A stretch of DNA of 63,946 nucleotides, the filler included, from Rhizaria sp. SCN 62-66 (lineage: Eukaryota), in assembly GCA_001724265.1 (NCBI GenBank). It is 4 parts of 4 records of this genome, joined end to end, with 100 filler letters (N's around TTAATTAATTAA, not from the genome) between each part and the next. Parts side by side here need not be neighbours in the genome. Positions count along the whole stretch, not along the records: positions 17,213 to 37,856 come from MEDY01000486.1; positions 37,957 to 55,868 come from MEDY01000491.1; 2 more parts are not named here. One strand, 5' to 3'. Under the pieces are notes generated by a model. That model saw only the letters and a program-made list of their open reading frames with translations. It was not told the origin of the DNA and did not search any database. Positions 30,901 to 43,893 of this stretch are shown one piece after another. Positions within the stretch are counted from its first letter, which is position 1; each line of letters opens with the position of its first letter. A program made the translations under genes and the position numbers.

Positions 30901-33900
30901 AATGTGCCTGCATCGTTGCACAACCCCGCCACAGATGCTGTTCTTGCCGACTGGAATGTGGAGGCGAATGTTGTAAACTCTGTTATTACGCTGTCCTTCA
31001 TCTACAACGGCATCGCTAGTCCCGATTTTCCCAAGACTGCATACGTTGATGTCAAGCCCCCGCGCTCGCAGCAGGCACATAACTGCGACAACGTTGAGTT
31101 GTATGTTGTTGCAAAGATGGATGGTGTTGCTACGTTTGCCCCCGTTGGTAACGATCAAAACGCGCTCGTAGCACCATACGTGTGGGCATATTGTCAAATC
31201 GAGTTTGAGAACGTAAAACTGACCACGTCAGTGGGGAATAGTACAGCCAAGCTTGCGGTTGCCTGGGCTGATCTCGACTTGAGCGATTTTAACATCGTCA
31301 CACCTGTGCTGGAGATCCGCCACGTGGGCAACACCGTGGTTTACGCTGAGACATGGGGCCCGCAAACTGTGGTCATTAACAGTGAGGCTAACGTCACTGC
31401 ACAGAGCACTGATGGTGTGATTTCACTCACATTTACACTCGCTAAGGGCACTACAATGCCTAGTGACGCCGACTTTACGCTCACGCCCGATATCCTAGCG
31501 TCCGCACACTCATGCTCTTAGAACTTGATGGGCTCGTACAAGATCTCCTCTGCAGATATTGTCATGGCCACAGTCAGCAACTCAGCGCAGCCGCAGCTGT
31601 TGACCGCCAGCGCCCGCGCAGTCGCATGCCCAAGCATCACTGGCATGTCGCTTGCACTTGTTGGTAATAGTTTCAATGTTTCTTGGACTGGATTTAGCAA
31701 TCTGGATAAACTTAAGGTTGTTGACTTTTCAAGCTACTCAATTACACTCGGTGCCAACATGGCGGCTGTGTTCACCAATGTGATCCAGCCGGCGAGCACG
31801 ATCAACTTAGGTAATAATACGTTGATTGATTTGTCGTTTGCAGAAAACGCCTTTCATTTTTCCTTCTCTGGTGACTCCACCGTTGTTCCTTCCTCGGGCT
31901 CCTTCTCGTTTAGTGCCGAAGTCTCCACTACGTGCGGACTTAAGGGGACCTACACTCTCAGCATCGACAACAACACTGTCTCTGGCTTCTCTGGCACTAA
32001 CTTGACTGTATCTGCATCCACCGAGCACTGCCCTGAGCCCTTCAACTTTACTGGCTTCTCAACAACGTGGAAGGACACCGGACTTGTCGGCTTCACAGTG
32101 GCGTGGACAGGAATTATTAACCCAGACCATGTTGCGCCCAAGCCCATCAAGCTGACTTACACCAGCGGCCTCGACGGCGCCATCGACTCGCTTGCGGCCT
32201 CGGCCTCCTCAATTGATTTCAATAACGGCGCATCCGCGTCCGCCTTGCTCGTCGAAGGCGCCATCATCATTACCTTTACGCCTGCGGCGGGCAACGTTAT
32301 GCCTAGCGACGGTTCCTTTCTTATTGGTGTTACATTGAAGAGCAACGCACAGTGTGACAAGGAGGCCGTGTACACCGCCAGCTCCGAGTCAACGCTTGCT
32401 GCTGCCAGCGGCTCTCTGTTGGTCACGCTGCACACCCCGGAGTGCCCCGTTCTTGCCGTGTTCAGTGGCGTTGCTGTCACGACTCAAGTTGTTGCCGGTA
32501 AGTTGAGCTTTGTCTTCTCGTGGACAGGGTTTGAGAATGATGACAGTATGCTGCTTACGTCAGCCTTTAGCTTTTCATCTCTTGAGGACGCCAGTGATGC
32601 GTTTGACCTTAGCACCGCAGCTGACGTTTTATTCACGGATGCCTCCGACGACTCTGACATTGCTGACATTGCCTCTGTCACTGTTCAGAAGGACGCGTAC
32701 ATCGTCTCTTTTGCACCCACGGTCCAAACCCCTATGCCCGCGCAGGGCCGCGTGACTCTCACACCCAAGATTAACGCCACCGCAAAGTGCGGCACGACGT
32801 CTGCGTTTGTGCTCAAGTCTGGCTCTGAGTCGGCTGTGGCACTGCAACCCTCCGCAGCGGACTCGCTGTTTGTAACATACATCTCGAAATCATGCCCCGC
32901 CATCTTTACTGGGCTTGAGATTAAGTCCAATGTTGCAGCACTTGTCAGTAACACGCGCTTTGTTGTCTCTTGGACCGACTACTCCAATGACGACAATTTG
33001 GAGCTTATTGAAGCCTTCACCATTGCGCGTTCGGACCCTAGCCACACGAATCCCTTTGTTGGCTTGACTGCGAGCACGCAGCCCGTGCAGGACGGCACTG
33101 GCGCTAACGTTAACGGCGCCACCGCAACTCTCTCCTACGATACTCTCACGGGCTCCATTACAGTCTCTTTTACTCTTGAATTTGGTGTTGATTTCCCTGC
33201 GCAGGGCTCATTTGCTGTGTTGCCCACGCTTGACTCGACTTTTGCCTGTGACAGTGTGAGTGCCTTTGCACTCACAGCCAACGCCGCCGTGGTTACCGCA
33301 CCTACCCCTGTAGCGCTCGCGGCTGACTTTCACGCCGCAGTGTGCACAACTGTGACGGGCGTTCAGGTTACTCAGACCTCAGCGACCGCGTCGACACTCA
33401 TGCTTGCGCTTTCCTACGCCGCGTTTAAGCAAGGCGCTGCTGCGGGCAAGATCACTCTTTCCAGCACGGGCATTACTAACTTGTACAGTAACAACACTGC
33501 GCTGTTCATTAACGTTACTGCGCAAGACTCCAGCGTCATCACTGTTACGGGCAGTGTTGAAAATGGCGTGGTCACAATCCCATTGAGCAGCCAATTGCCG
33601 ACCGCTGCTGCAGTGATGCAGATCTCTCTGCAGCTTGCTGTTACCAGTGACTGTGATCTCACTACCTCACTTATTCCCGGCACAATGGGTGACATCTCTA
33701 TGTCGCTTGCGACGGGCTTTGACTCGCTCGTTACGCCCGGATTTGCCTGCACCTTTGATTGGCGCTGCACCGGCGCCTCGGCCGGTCTCACGTGCGTTAG
33801 CACTGATGACTCCCAGTTTAGCTCTACTTGTAGCACCAACTGCGGCGACGGCACGCGCTCCAACGCGCCCTACTGTGCACGTTTTAACAACGGCCAGTAC

Positions 33901-36214
33901 AAGGATGCCGCGAACGACGAAAAGTGCCCCGGCAATGCTAAGCCCACGCTCACAAAGGACTGCAGTGTTTACACGTGCCCCAACGCAATGTGGAAGTGCT
34001 ACGCTTCCGGCGCAAACGGTAACACCATGATCCCCTGCACTAATGACAGCGGCTACGCTAGCTGCGCTCACAACTCTGGCTGCCACACCAACCCTGCTGT
34101 GCAGCGCGTTGCTGTGTGCGTTGCTGACTCGAGCAGCACCGCTGACATTGCGAACCACTGCCCCGCTGCGGTCGCCAGCAGCAAGCCCGCGGAGTCTCGA
34201 CAAATGCGACGCACAGCTTGACGATGAAGCTGAGTGTTCCATCAACAACCAAGTTGTTAAATGCGGGATCGCCACGCGCCCTGGTGTCTGTATTAACAGT
34301 GTCACGAGCACCGGTGTCGATAGCGCACTGTGCACTGAGGCCTCGTTGCCGCTCACACAGACGTGCGCCAACATCCCCACTGACTGCGACTTCCCTGCTG
34401 GGTGGGTGAGCGATCAGTCCGAGTGCGTCACTTCGACCGCGCCACTGTGCAAGTCGATCCGCACGCAGACCTCAAAGTGCGCTTTCGTCAACGCTGAGAA
34501 CAAGGAGGTGGCTGCCGCAGCATACACCTGCGTTGGACTTTCCAAGCCACCCGCGTTTGTTGACTGCAAAAAGCCTGCTGTGGCCTGCGCCGCCGGTCGT
34601 GGGACGTGCACGGGCTTCCAGTCGTTCCAGGTTGAGGGCGAGGAGCAAAAAAATGTGCTTGCCACGTGTGTTTGCGGCGCTGAGTTCTTTGACGCTTCTT
34701 GCAGCACTGCCATTGCGCTCTCGGAGCTCACTGCCACGTGGAACGCTTCCACTCGCAGCATTGACGTTGCCTGGGCCACCAACGCCGCCAGTGTTGCTGG
34801 TGCCAAGGTGACCGTGCGCGTGACCCCGCCCGGCTATTTGGTTGCTCTTAACACCGTTGAGGTTGCTATTGGCACTCTGGTGGCCTCCGTCAGTGCCGCC
34901 GAGCACAAGCTCTCGCCCGGCACGCACACCGTGACCGTGTTCTTTTCGACCTCGGTGTCGGTGTCGACCACTGTTGTTGTCGGCTTACTCTGCGACGCTG
35001 AGACCGGCAAGGCGCATTCGTGCGCCAATGGCGGCACGTGCAACGAATCCACGGGCGAGTGCGCGTGCACCGGTGCATGGACCGGAGATTACTGCTCTGT
35101 TTCGCCGTGCGAGTCTGCGGCGTGTAACACTGCCAACGCCAAGAACCCCAGCTGCCTTGTTGTCGATAACCAGGCCAAGTGCAACTGCCTTATGGCTGAG
35201 GATGGCACCGCGCTGTTCCGCGATGCGCTGTGTACTGAGGCCATTGACACCACGTGCGCAGGACTCATGTGCGCCAACGGCGGCACCCCGCTTGCACTCT
35301 ATAACGAGTCCAGCAACGCTGTTGAGTGCACCAATACGTGCACGTGCCCCGAGAACTCGCCCTTCACCGGTATCCTCTGCGACACGTGCAGGGACTCGTG
35401 CTACGCTGATGGCACTGTGGGCTCTATTTCGGGCCAGTGCAAGTGCACGTGCAAGGCGGGATACACAGACAAGGAGTGCCGCTGCCGCTACGTCAACCTG
35501 CGTCTAGTGTTTCCCCGGTCTGCACTGCCCTTCCTCGGTAAGTCAAACGAGGCTGCACAACTCGCCGTGTGGTCGGCGGCCATCAAAGCTGACCTTCAAA
35601 GTCTTGGTGGCAAGTCCTCCCTCATCTACACTGTCGCCAGCGTAAGCAGCGGGTCGACCAAGAAGGGGAACTTTGTGAATGTGCTGATCAACGTCGGACC
35701 CAACTGCAGCCTAAAAGAACAGAAGGCTTTTGCGCTGCCTGTTGCCTTTTCCGCGCTCGCCGCTCTCTCTCACCCTGTGTCTGTCTCGCGCTTTACTGCG
35801 CAGGCCGTTGTTGACATGGCTGAGACGTACGCGGCCGTGAAGACAATTGCGGATTCGATTAGTTCGGGCCAAACCAGCACGACCACAACGCTTAGCGCCG
35901 CTGTGGCCACTAATGTCGGTATCAGCGACGACGCGTGCGCCTTATCCTGTGCTGATGTGCCCAAGGGCACTGGCACTGGCGTTGTTGAGGTCGACACCGA
36001 CGCCGACGGCGGCAGCAGCACCAGTGGCAGTGGCAACAACGACGATGACATCATCATTGGCGTTGTCGTTGGCGTCGGCGGCTTCCTCATTATCGCCGCC
36101 ATCGTGTTCTTCGCGTGGTACAAGAAGCTTTGCTGCTTCGCGGGCTCTTCCGGGGCGAGTGCGGCGGACAAGAACGCGGGCATTGAGATGGCTGAGACTA
36201 ACTACGACATCTAA
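27988..36214 (+). CDS. Giant type-I membrane surface protein: signal peptide, ~13 beta-rich ~140-aa repeats, TSP1-like and EGF-like modules, TM helix, short tail
   Basis: Signal peptide MASLQSLRRLCPLLGFFVLFLVSLATHGTA; recurring F(S/T)GVxL...(A/S)WT motif with Cys pairs; CSTNCGDGTRS (TSP1-like); CANGGTC..TGECAC..AWTGDYC (EGF); TM IIIGVVVGVGGFLIIAAIVFFAWY. One in-frame TAG at 31519 and a +1 frame break at about 34204. Ends in TAA. Confidence 0.8.
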
Positions 36215-37856
36215 GTCTGGTTTTATAGCCACCAAGTTTTGTCTTTGTTTGCATAGTTATGGGCAAGTGTGGGCGTTCGTTCGTCCTCACAGTCACGTAA
36301 TCTTTTTCTTTTTAAGCTTAAGCTGTAAAGTTTGATAAACTTTACAACTTAATCCTCCTCGTGTTTTTTGACACAAGAAGTGTCAACAGTAAAAAAAAAT
36401 GAACCTTTTCGTATAATTCATTAAATTCAATCGAGTTTATTGCTAGATCATGACTATCTTCCAATCCGCACAGCAAAGCACTGTATACGCATGCTGTCAC
36501 TACGTAACGATCGCAGAATTTGTCTGCTCTATTTTGCTTTAAAAATAAGTTTGTTATCTCCTCCTCATTATGTTTTTTTTTAGAAAGATTGTTCTTATAA
36601 TTTCCTGACACGTGTTTAATGTAAACTCATGTAAACCTATGACTAATATCCTTCTCTTACGTATCTTTTTTTTTATATACCTCCCTCGCGTGTTTCACGG
36701 ACACATGGCAAATATTGTCTTTGAAATTTCATATTCCAATTACGTTGTTGCATTTTGTTGCATGTTCGTGTGACCCGTTTTAGTGATCTTAGTAGTTTCT
36801 CGTTGCAGTTTATCTGCTTCTCATGTTCGTTTTTCAATACCCCACACCACTGCGCGCACGTTGTTTTATTCAGAGAAGACCTGGTATCACTCGTCTCGCG
36901 CGACTACTCTATTTCTCTGCACTGTAGATCACGTCTGTGCGATAGCGCAACGCCACCAAGTGCGGAGTGTAGAGCTCAGGGTCTTAATCTCACACATCAT
37001 CACGCTCATTACACTGGGAATATGGCTTACGAGTTTGTACAGTTGTCAATGACACACTTTCCCACTTTACACACTTTAGCATGCTGCTATAATATTCAAG
37101 ACATAAGAGTCACGCCGTCCGTCTAGTACTTGTTGACATGATATCATATCCTCTCCAAAATTGCCCGTTTTTTTCCTTCGTTGCATGATCATTTGTGCAA
37201 CTCCCCTCGCGCAACGACGCGTTGTGGTTCATATTCCAAAAATACAGTGAAACCATCACTGTTTCTTGATTAACTGTCAGATACGTATTGCTTGTTGTTC
37301 AAGTAGGATCAGTTTGCAACACAACGCGTTACTCGTGATTAACAATGTTTCACGCAGATCAATATCTTGGCTCAAACTAATGCCCTGAGAATGAGTGTGA
37401 CTGTTTCTGATGCTATTTTGCGAGTACAAAGACTGGAAACAGCAAGACTTATCATTTTATTCTGCTAAGCGCAAGATTCCACATCCTACAGAACAGCAAA
37501 GCGACAGATCGCCATACTCACTTTGATGAAAGCGCTGCGCACTGATATCGGCCGTAAAAGAAGTGGCGTCTCTCTTATCATAAAGTGTGCTTAGCTGGCG
37601 CGATAAACGCCTGTGTTAGCCTACTCAATTCCCTGTCACAGCTCTCGAGCTGTTTAGGGCGTGTTACCGTCGACATTCTGCATAAAATTCCAGTCGACAG
37701 CTTTTGCCGGTCGCGATTTAAAGGTGGCGCTTCTCGTGTATACACACTTCGTTTTCCTGTGAACACAGACTCTCTTTTTCTATGAAAACAATAAGAACCA
37801 CGTATATAATTCGAATTATATACTGTGTCTCTGATATTATAAATTGTTATTGTTGT

Positions 37857-37956
37857 NNNNNNNNNNNNNNNNNNNNNNNNNNNNNNNNNNNNNNNNNNNN
37901 TTAATTAATTAANNNNNNNNNNNNNNNNNNNNNNNNNNNNNNNNNNNNNNNNNNNN
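37857..37956. other. Artificial contig spacer
   Basis: Same N44-TTAATTAATTAA-N44 linker. Confidence 0.98.
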
Positions 37957-37982
37957 TGGTAATCTAGGGATGTTTATTGGGG

Positions 37983-40710
37983 ATGGGGGGTGCCTCAACA
38001 TCACAAACATGTGGGGTGGGAGAGGCAAACGGCCCAATTCGCGACCCCCGTGTCACAACATCTGCAGCTGCCAACAAACATGCGCAGACCAAGCCCAACG
38101 TACGTCTGCTATCATGTATGTTAACACATGATGTGTCAATGCCGCGATGCAAGCCTACATTGTGACTCGCACTTGCATTTTCCTCAATCTTAAGTTTCTT
38201 CATCACTACTTCGCACAACACTTGCTGTTTGTTACGCGTTGCTCTCGAACTGAAAGCAGTGCTGCAACAAGCATGACGAGCCCGTCCCGATGCTTTACTG
38301 GTGCGAGACCTGCGCAAAGGCTGTCTGCGGCCACTGCGCACTGCTCAACGGCGAGCACATTGGACACTCCATGAACACAATCGCCAGCAAGCACGCCGAG
38401 CTGCGCACACACGCTGCCACACTCACGCCGCGCATTACCGCGCTCGCGAATCAGCTCGATGAGGAGACTGCGCGCACCGCCACGCTCCGCGAACGCGCTG
38501 AGGTACTACAAACCGAGCTGCAGGCGCGCGCGGCGTCGTTTAGCGAGCTCGCAGTCGCGCCGTACGCTGCGCAGCTCGAGCTGCTCAAGACGTTCATGTC
38601 GCAGACGGCGGCGCGCGAGGCCAAGGCATTGGTGAGCGCCAACAAAACCCTCTCGGCCGTCGACGACTTCAAGAACGCGCTGAGCGTTGCTCGCTTGCAC
38701 AGCGTGCTTTCACGTCCTCCGAACAGCAGCGGCAGCGGCAGCGGCAGCAACAACGGCGAAATGCGGACTCTGGCGCACACGCCATGGGTCGCCGCACGCG
38801 CCGCGTTCGAGGCCTCGCTCGCAAACGCCGTGGAGACAGTCACTCCGCGCACCGCCGTCTGCGAGGTCGACGTGCCGCTCTCCGCTCTGGCCTCGCCCGC
38901 GGCCGCTGTGGAGCTGGGCACGGCGGAGCTGTGTGGCGTGGCGTTTGTCTGCCGCGTCCGCCGCGGCTGCAGCTGCGGCACGGCGCCGCTGCTGCTGCAG
39001 TCAGTCCCTCAGAGCAGTACTACTAGTGCCAGTGCGAGTGCGAATGCAAGTGCCAGCGCCAGTGCCAGCGCCAATGCCAGCGCCAGCGTTAGCGCCAGTG
39101 CCGCCAGTGCCAACGCGAGTGCGAGTGCGTGTGCTAGCGAGAGCATGGGCGCTGTTGTCGAGGGCGCGGATGCGAGCCGCGCGCTCGCACCCTGTGCGTG
39201 CGCAATTGTGGGCGAAATCGAGGCGCGCACAGCGTTGGACGCTATTGCGGCGCGGTATAACGAGTGCGCGGCACGTGTCAAGGCCGTTTCGGAGCTAATA
39301 GAAACCGGCGATGACGACGACGACGATGATGACGAAGACGTCAGTGGCGGTGTTAGCAACAGTGGTTTAGCTGCCAAGGACATTGTGTTTGGCACGGTTT
39401 GCGCCGAGTTCGCGCTCGCCGGCGCTGCTGCCGATAATCAGACCGTAGAAAAGTGCAGTGTGCTCCTCACAGACCCAAACAAGCGTGTCGTAGCGGTGGC
39501 GCTTGCCAAGCACGCTGATCTCAACGGTGTTAGCAGTGCTAACGACGGCAGCGACGGCGCTGCAAGTGCGGTGCGTGTCCGCTGTGCGATTGCGTTCCCT
39601 GACGTGTTCCACCAGGCGCGCGCGCTGCAACTGTGCGTGGACGCTATGGCGGTCGAGTTCGTCGCGGCGCAACAGGCGCTGGCACAGAGCAGCGCGGCGG
39701 CAAAGGCCACGGTGGAGGCCGAGGCGGTGGCGGCGAAGAGCACGCGGGAGGCTGAGGAGCTGCAGCGCCAGGTCAAAGATCTGAAGGACTTACACCGGTT
39801 TGTGAAGTCTGACGAAGATGCCGATCGAGAGTTCCTGGAGGCGCTGAATAAGCATGCGGCACACGTGCAGGAGACGGGCGGATACCCGATTCGATGCCAG
39901 ACTGATCATAAGGGAAACAGCTGCCCGTGTGCGCCTGCTCCGATGTGCGTTAATGGCGCGCCATCACCTGCCACGTTGTTGACGCTGCAGGCAAAGGCGC
40001 GCAAGAATATCGTCACCCTTGCGACTGAGTGTATTGGAGAGGAGAACTTGGCGTCGGACGTTATTATGAGGTTTTATTTTCACGGTGGTGTAGTACGTGA
40101 CCGTGTCACCCAAGTTGTGATTCGCCTTTATGATGATATCGCTCCATTCAATGCGATCCATTTTCGAGTTGCCGCAGCAAATCAGGTCTTAATGAAGACA
40201 CCGCTTTTTGTCACATTTTCCAGCTTATGTTGCATTAAATCCCCAATTACTGTGCCTGTGGGTGATATTTTATATGGAGAAAATATGTTTATGTTCACAT
40301 CCAATGACTTTGATGCAGCTTCTGATGAGCGCATTTACCCTGTTGGAACTGTGTTGATGTGTGCTAGTGCTGTGCCCTTCAGCCCTGACAAAGCCCGCCA
40401 CAATTCCCCCTCGGTGCCTAATTCTGGACACACAACTATCAGATCCTCTCATTCGTCACGCACAATTCATGTAGGAGGCTGTGATACTCCGTGGTTTTTG
40501 GTCATTGAAGCCTGTGCTGCCAGCCTGCTCCCCGGCGGTGCCGTGCCCGTCGGCCGCGTGCTGTCTACTCGCGTAGAAACTCGAGGATATGGAGATGATG
40601 AGAATGACACAAACTTTCTCTCAACTCTTCAAAAGCAAGTTTCTTACGGGTGCGCTGGAAATCAGATGATCGTACAAGTATTAGATCAAGTTCACTTTTG
40701 GAAACGGTGA
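37983..40710 (+). CDS. B-box zinc finger / coiled-coil protein with a C-terminal divergent cyclophilin-like domain; 2 exons
   Basis: Exon 1 (37983-38099, MGGASTSQ...) is joined by a phase-0 GTACGT...CAG intron (38100-38259) to CCNKHDEPVPMLYWCETCAKAVCGHCALLNGEHIGH, a B-box resembling TRIM37-type B-boxes, followed by a coiled coil. The C-terminus contains VVIRLYDDIAPFNAIHFR...GGAVPVGRV. Ends in TGA. Confidence 0.75.
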
Positions 40711-41062
40711 TGCAAAAATGTGCGGTCTTCAAGCTTTGATTTCGTTTGACACGCGCACTACATGCTTAAAATATTCAGATGTATTTTTTGAATCAACTCA
40801 AATCCATCCGATAAGTTATCCATTCTCAATAATATTACATTATATGTACTTTTTTGTATGTTCGCTTACTGTAAGCTTACTAATAAAAAAAACCTTTGGC
40901 GTCCTCACCGGTCAGTATCTTTCGACCTCAACGCCCCGGCCCCAGCCTCGCCTTGTGCATTGCACTCAACGCCACGCATCCCAACAACACTGCGCTTGCT
41001 ATGCACCGACTCCCCCACCGGTGCACAGTCTCCGTCACACAGAGTCTCTCCGTTCCCCAGTT

Positions 41063-43068
41063 TCACAGACAGACGAAGACGGCTGCACCGACGAGCAGCA
41101 GCGCCGTCGTGACGCCGTACATCGCGCTCGTGTGGGGCTCGCTCTGCCGCAGCGCCTCCACGGGCTCCGCCACGGCCGCCAGCACAACGCGCAGGACGCG
41201 GCTCGCAGCGGCCGCCGCGGCTGTAACAGCGTCCGACAGACTCGCTGTCGCCGCAGTCTCAGCGCCAGCAGCAGCAGCAGCAGCAGTCGCTGAAGTCGTC
41301 GCCGCGATCTTGGACTCAGTTGCCTTACCGTCAGCCGGAGCAATTGCAGCAGACGCGGCGGGCTGACTCGTCTCAGCTGCAGCGGCGGCGGCGGTGACGC
41401 TGGGCGCGGGCGCGTAGTCGAGTCTGGTGAAGAGCGACACGAAGTGCACGGCCTCCGAGAAGGACGCGAGCGTGTTGACCCACGCCACGACCTCATTCCG
41501 CTGCAGCGCACGAACCACGGCCGCACGCTCTGCCGGGGACTGCGCGAGCGAGATCTTAAGCGCGGTGGCGATGCCCAGAGTGTTGAGCTTGCCCCATACA
41601 CGACATTTCTCGCACCCAACGCAGTTCATGATGACGGAAACGTTGCGGAACATGTTCTTGAGATCGTCCTTGAGCTGCTTCTTGTCGTGCGACTCAAACA
41701 GCGAGAACGCCTGGTCAAACTCTGCCACGGGCGCACTCGCCGCTGGCGTCACACCGGTAGAGTCGGCGGAGGCTGCAGACGAGTCGCTGGCCTTATTGCT
41801 GTTGCTCTCGGTGTCGGCGTCCTGCTTAGCGTCGTAGTTGAGACCCACGAGCTGCGCAAAGAGCGTGCGCGTGCGCGCGTCTTCCTCGGGGTGGCCCGTA
41901 TCGATGGCGACAGCCTCGGCGGCGTGGGGCGCCGCGAGGCGCAGCGAGCGGAGCAGGAAATCAAGCGTGAAGTAGAGATTGTCGAGACGTTCGGGGAACC
42001 GGCCGAAGACCATGTTCCACACGCCCTGGTTGCGCAGCCACTCGTTCGTCACGGCGTCGCGCTTCCAGCGGGCAAACACGTGCACAGTAATCGACGTGTG
42101 AAGTCCAGAGAGCAAGCGGTAGAAAACGCGCTCTTCGAGGCACATGCGGGCGACGTCACTGGTGGCCATGACACGGAAGCAGTTTTCCTGATAGATTGCG
42201 TCCCAGATGCGCCGCGGCTCGGCGCCCGCGTAACCTGTGTTGCTTTCGGGGTTGTCCAGCAGGTTCACGTACACCGCGTCGGGTTGCGCAAAATCAGCCT
42301 GCGAAGAAAAACAAATAAGCGAGATAATTGAAGCAGAAGAGAGACTCTGTTAGAAATAAATCTTGAAAAGAAAATACAAAACAGCAATTTCTATCTATAA
42401 ATACTAAATTCATATCGCAATATTCCTAAGAACACTAACTCAATGAGATATCCTATAGTATTGCGTACTTGTGTGTGGGCCCACATGTTCTGGTCGACAT
42501 CGTCCCAGCCGCGGAAATCCGTGGGCAGCGGGTTGCGCACTGCGCGGTGCGTGGGCTCAACGCGCCACGGCAGCGGGACTTCGCGCTCGTCGCAGCGGCA
42601 CACGTGGCAGCCGCCGCCGGACTTGCACATGCGGTCCATGACCCAGAAGGGGCACTCGGCCTCGGTGTCGACCTTAAAGTACCGAAAAAAGGTCGTCGCG
42701 ACGAGATCGCTGAGGACGGGGCGCACGCGGGCCTCGTTGGTGGCGTGAAGCGTGCCGACGGAGCAGCGCGACGCGGCGTCGACGAGCTTGTGCACGCTGG
42801 GGCCAGTGAGGACTTCTCCCGGCGTGGGGTCGGGCAGGTTGGCGTTGGCCTCGCGCTTGGCCGTCTCCAGGGTGAGCTTAGCGGCGTCCTCGGGGGAAAT
42901 GTGCGAGGGGAGCGAGTTAAAAGGGTTGCTCTGGAAGACACCTCCGCCGCCGGGCGCTGAGGCGCCGAAGGCGAGCGCGGTGGGCGCCAGGGAGAGGGAA
43001 AGTGAAAGCATCAAGAGCATTGCGGCCGAGGACGCTGCGAGCGCAAGCGTCGACAGGGTGAGCCTCAT
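41063..43068 (-). CDS. ERO1: ER oxidoreductin ERO1; 2 exons
   Basis: Signal peptide from MRLTL; FFRYFKVD..ECPFW; intron 42299-42468; YVNLLDNPESNTGY, IWDAIYQENCF, CLEERVFYRLLSGLHTSI and the active-site MNCVGCEKCRVWGKL; C-terminal hydrophobic anchor; ends in TGA. Confidence 0.95.
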
Positions 43069-43893
43069 TGGGACACGAAAACGCGGCACAAAGTGCAAAA
43101 ATGTGACAGATAAAAGATTGAAGCAGACGGGAGCAGTGGTGATAGCGTCAGTAGGCTCGCCACAGAGTTAGGCAGGCAGCTCAAACGCAGTCGCAGTCGC
43201 TAGATGCAAGATGCGACGGAGGATCAGGCCGACGGGTGCAGCTGCAGAAGGAGCGGCTACAGGGAATGCGCGACTCGGAACGGGATAACGAAGTACAAGT
43301 GCAAACGTAGACGGAAAAAGTGCTCCGGGTGCGTGGAGTGTTGAGCTGACGGCGCTGCAGGTGCGGAAAGGGAAGTTGGGGAAGCACGAAGGTCGCCAAG
43401 GACAAGGGTGAATGGCAGTGGGATTGAGGAAATATAAACGCAACTTTCAAAGATTCCATTATAAGATATAGATGCAAAACGCGCTTAAATACTACTGAGT
43501 GCGACTGATTTGTGTTCTGACAGCGGGAAGCGGGGTATATAGCATCGGCGGTCAAGGCGTTGCTGAGTCACTTGCCGATGGCTCGCGAAGCTGGCGAGGG
43601 AACATTTTGACGGGCGACCGCAAAGATACGCTCCCCACTGTCGGCCTCTTGGGAGGCGACTTTTCGTCTGGATTTGATCGTCATATCGCGGTTTCACTTT
43701 GTGTTCCATAATGCCAGCGATTTTTTTCTATATTACATTTCTATAAGACTCGGTTGAGTGAATCTATTTTGCCAGACAGGGGGGACTTGTCTCCCATCAC
43801 TCTCTTCTCGCGCTCCATTACTCACATCGTTCCTGCTTTATATTTGACGCCGGTATTACTGACTCCTCGTTTTTCGCATACTACAGACCCATT

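Noticed and set aside
36215-37856. Short ORFs in this AT-rich stretch (also 26830-27900 and 55969-57270)
   Set aside because: No coding bias or motifs; treated as intergenic or UTR.
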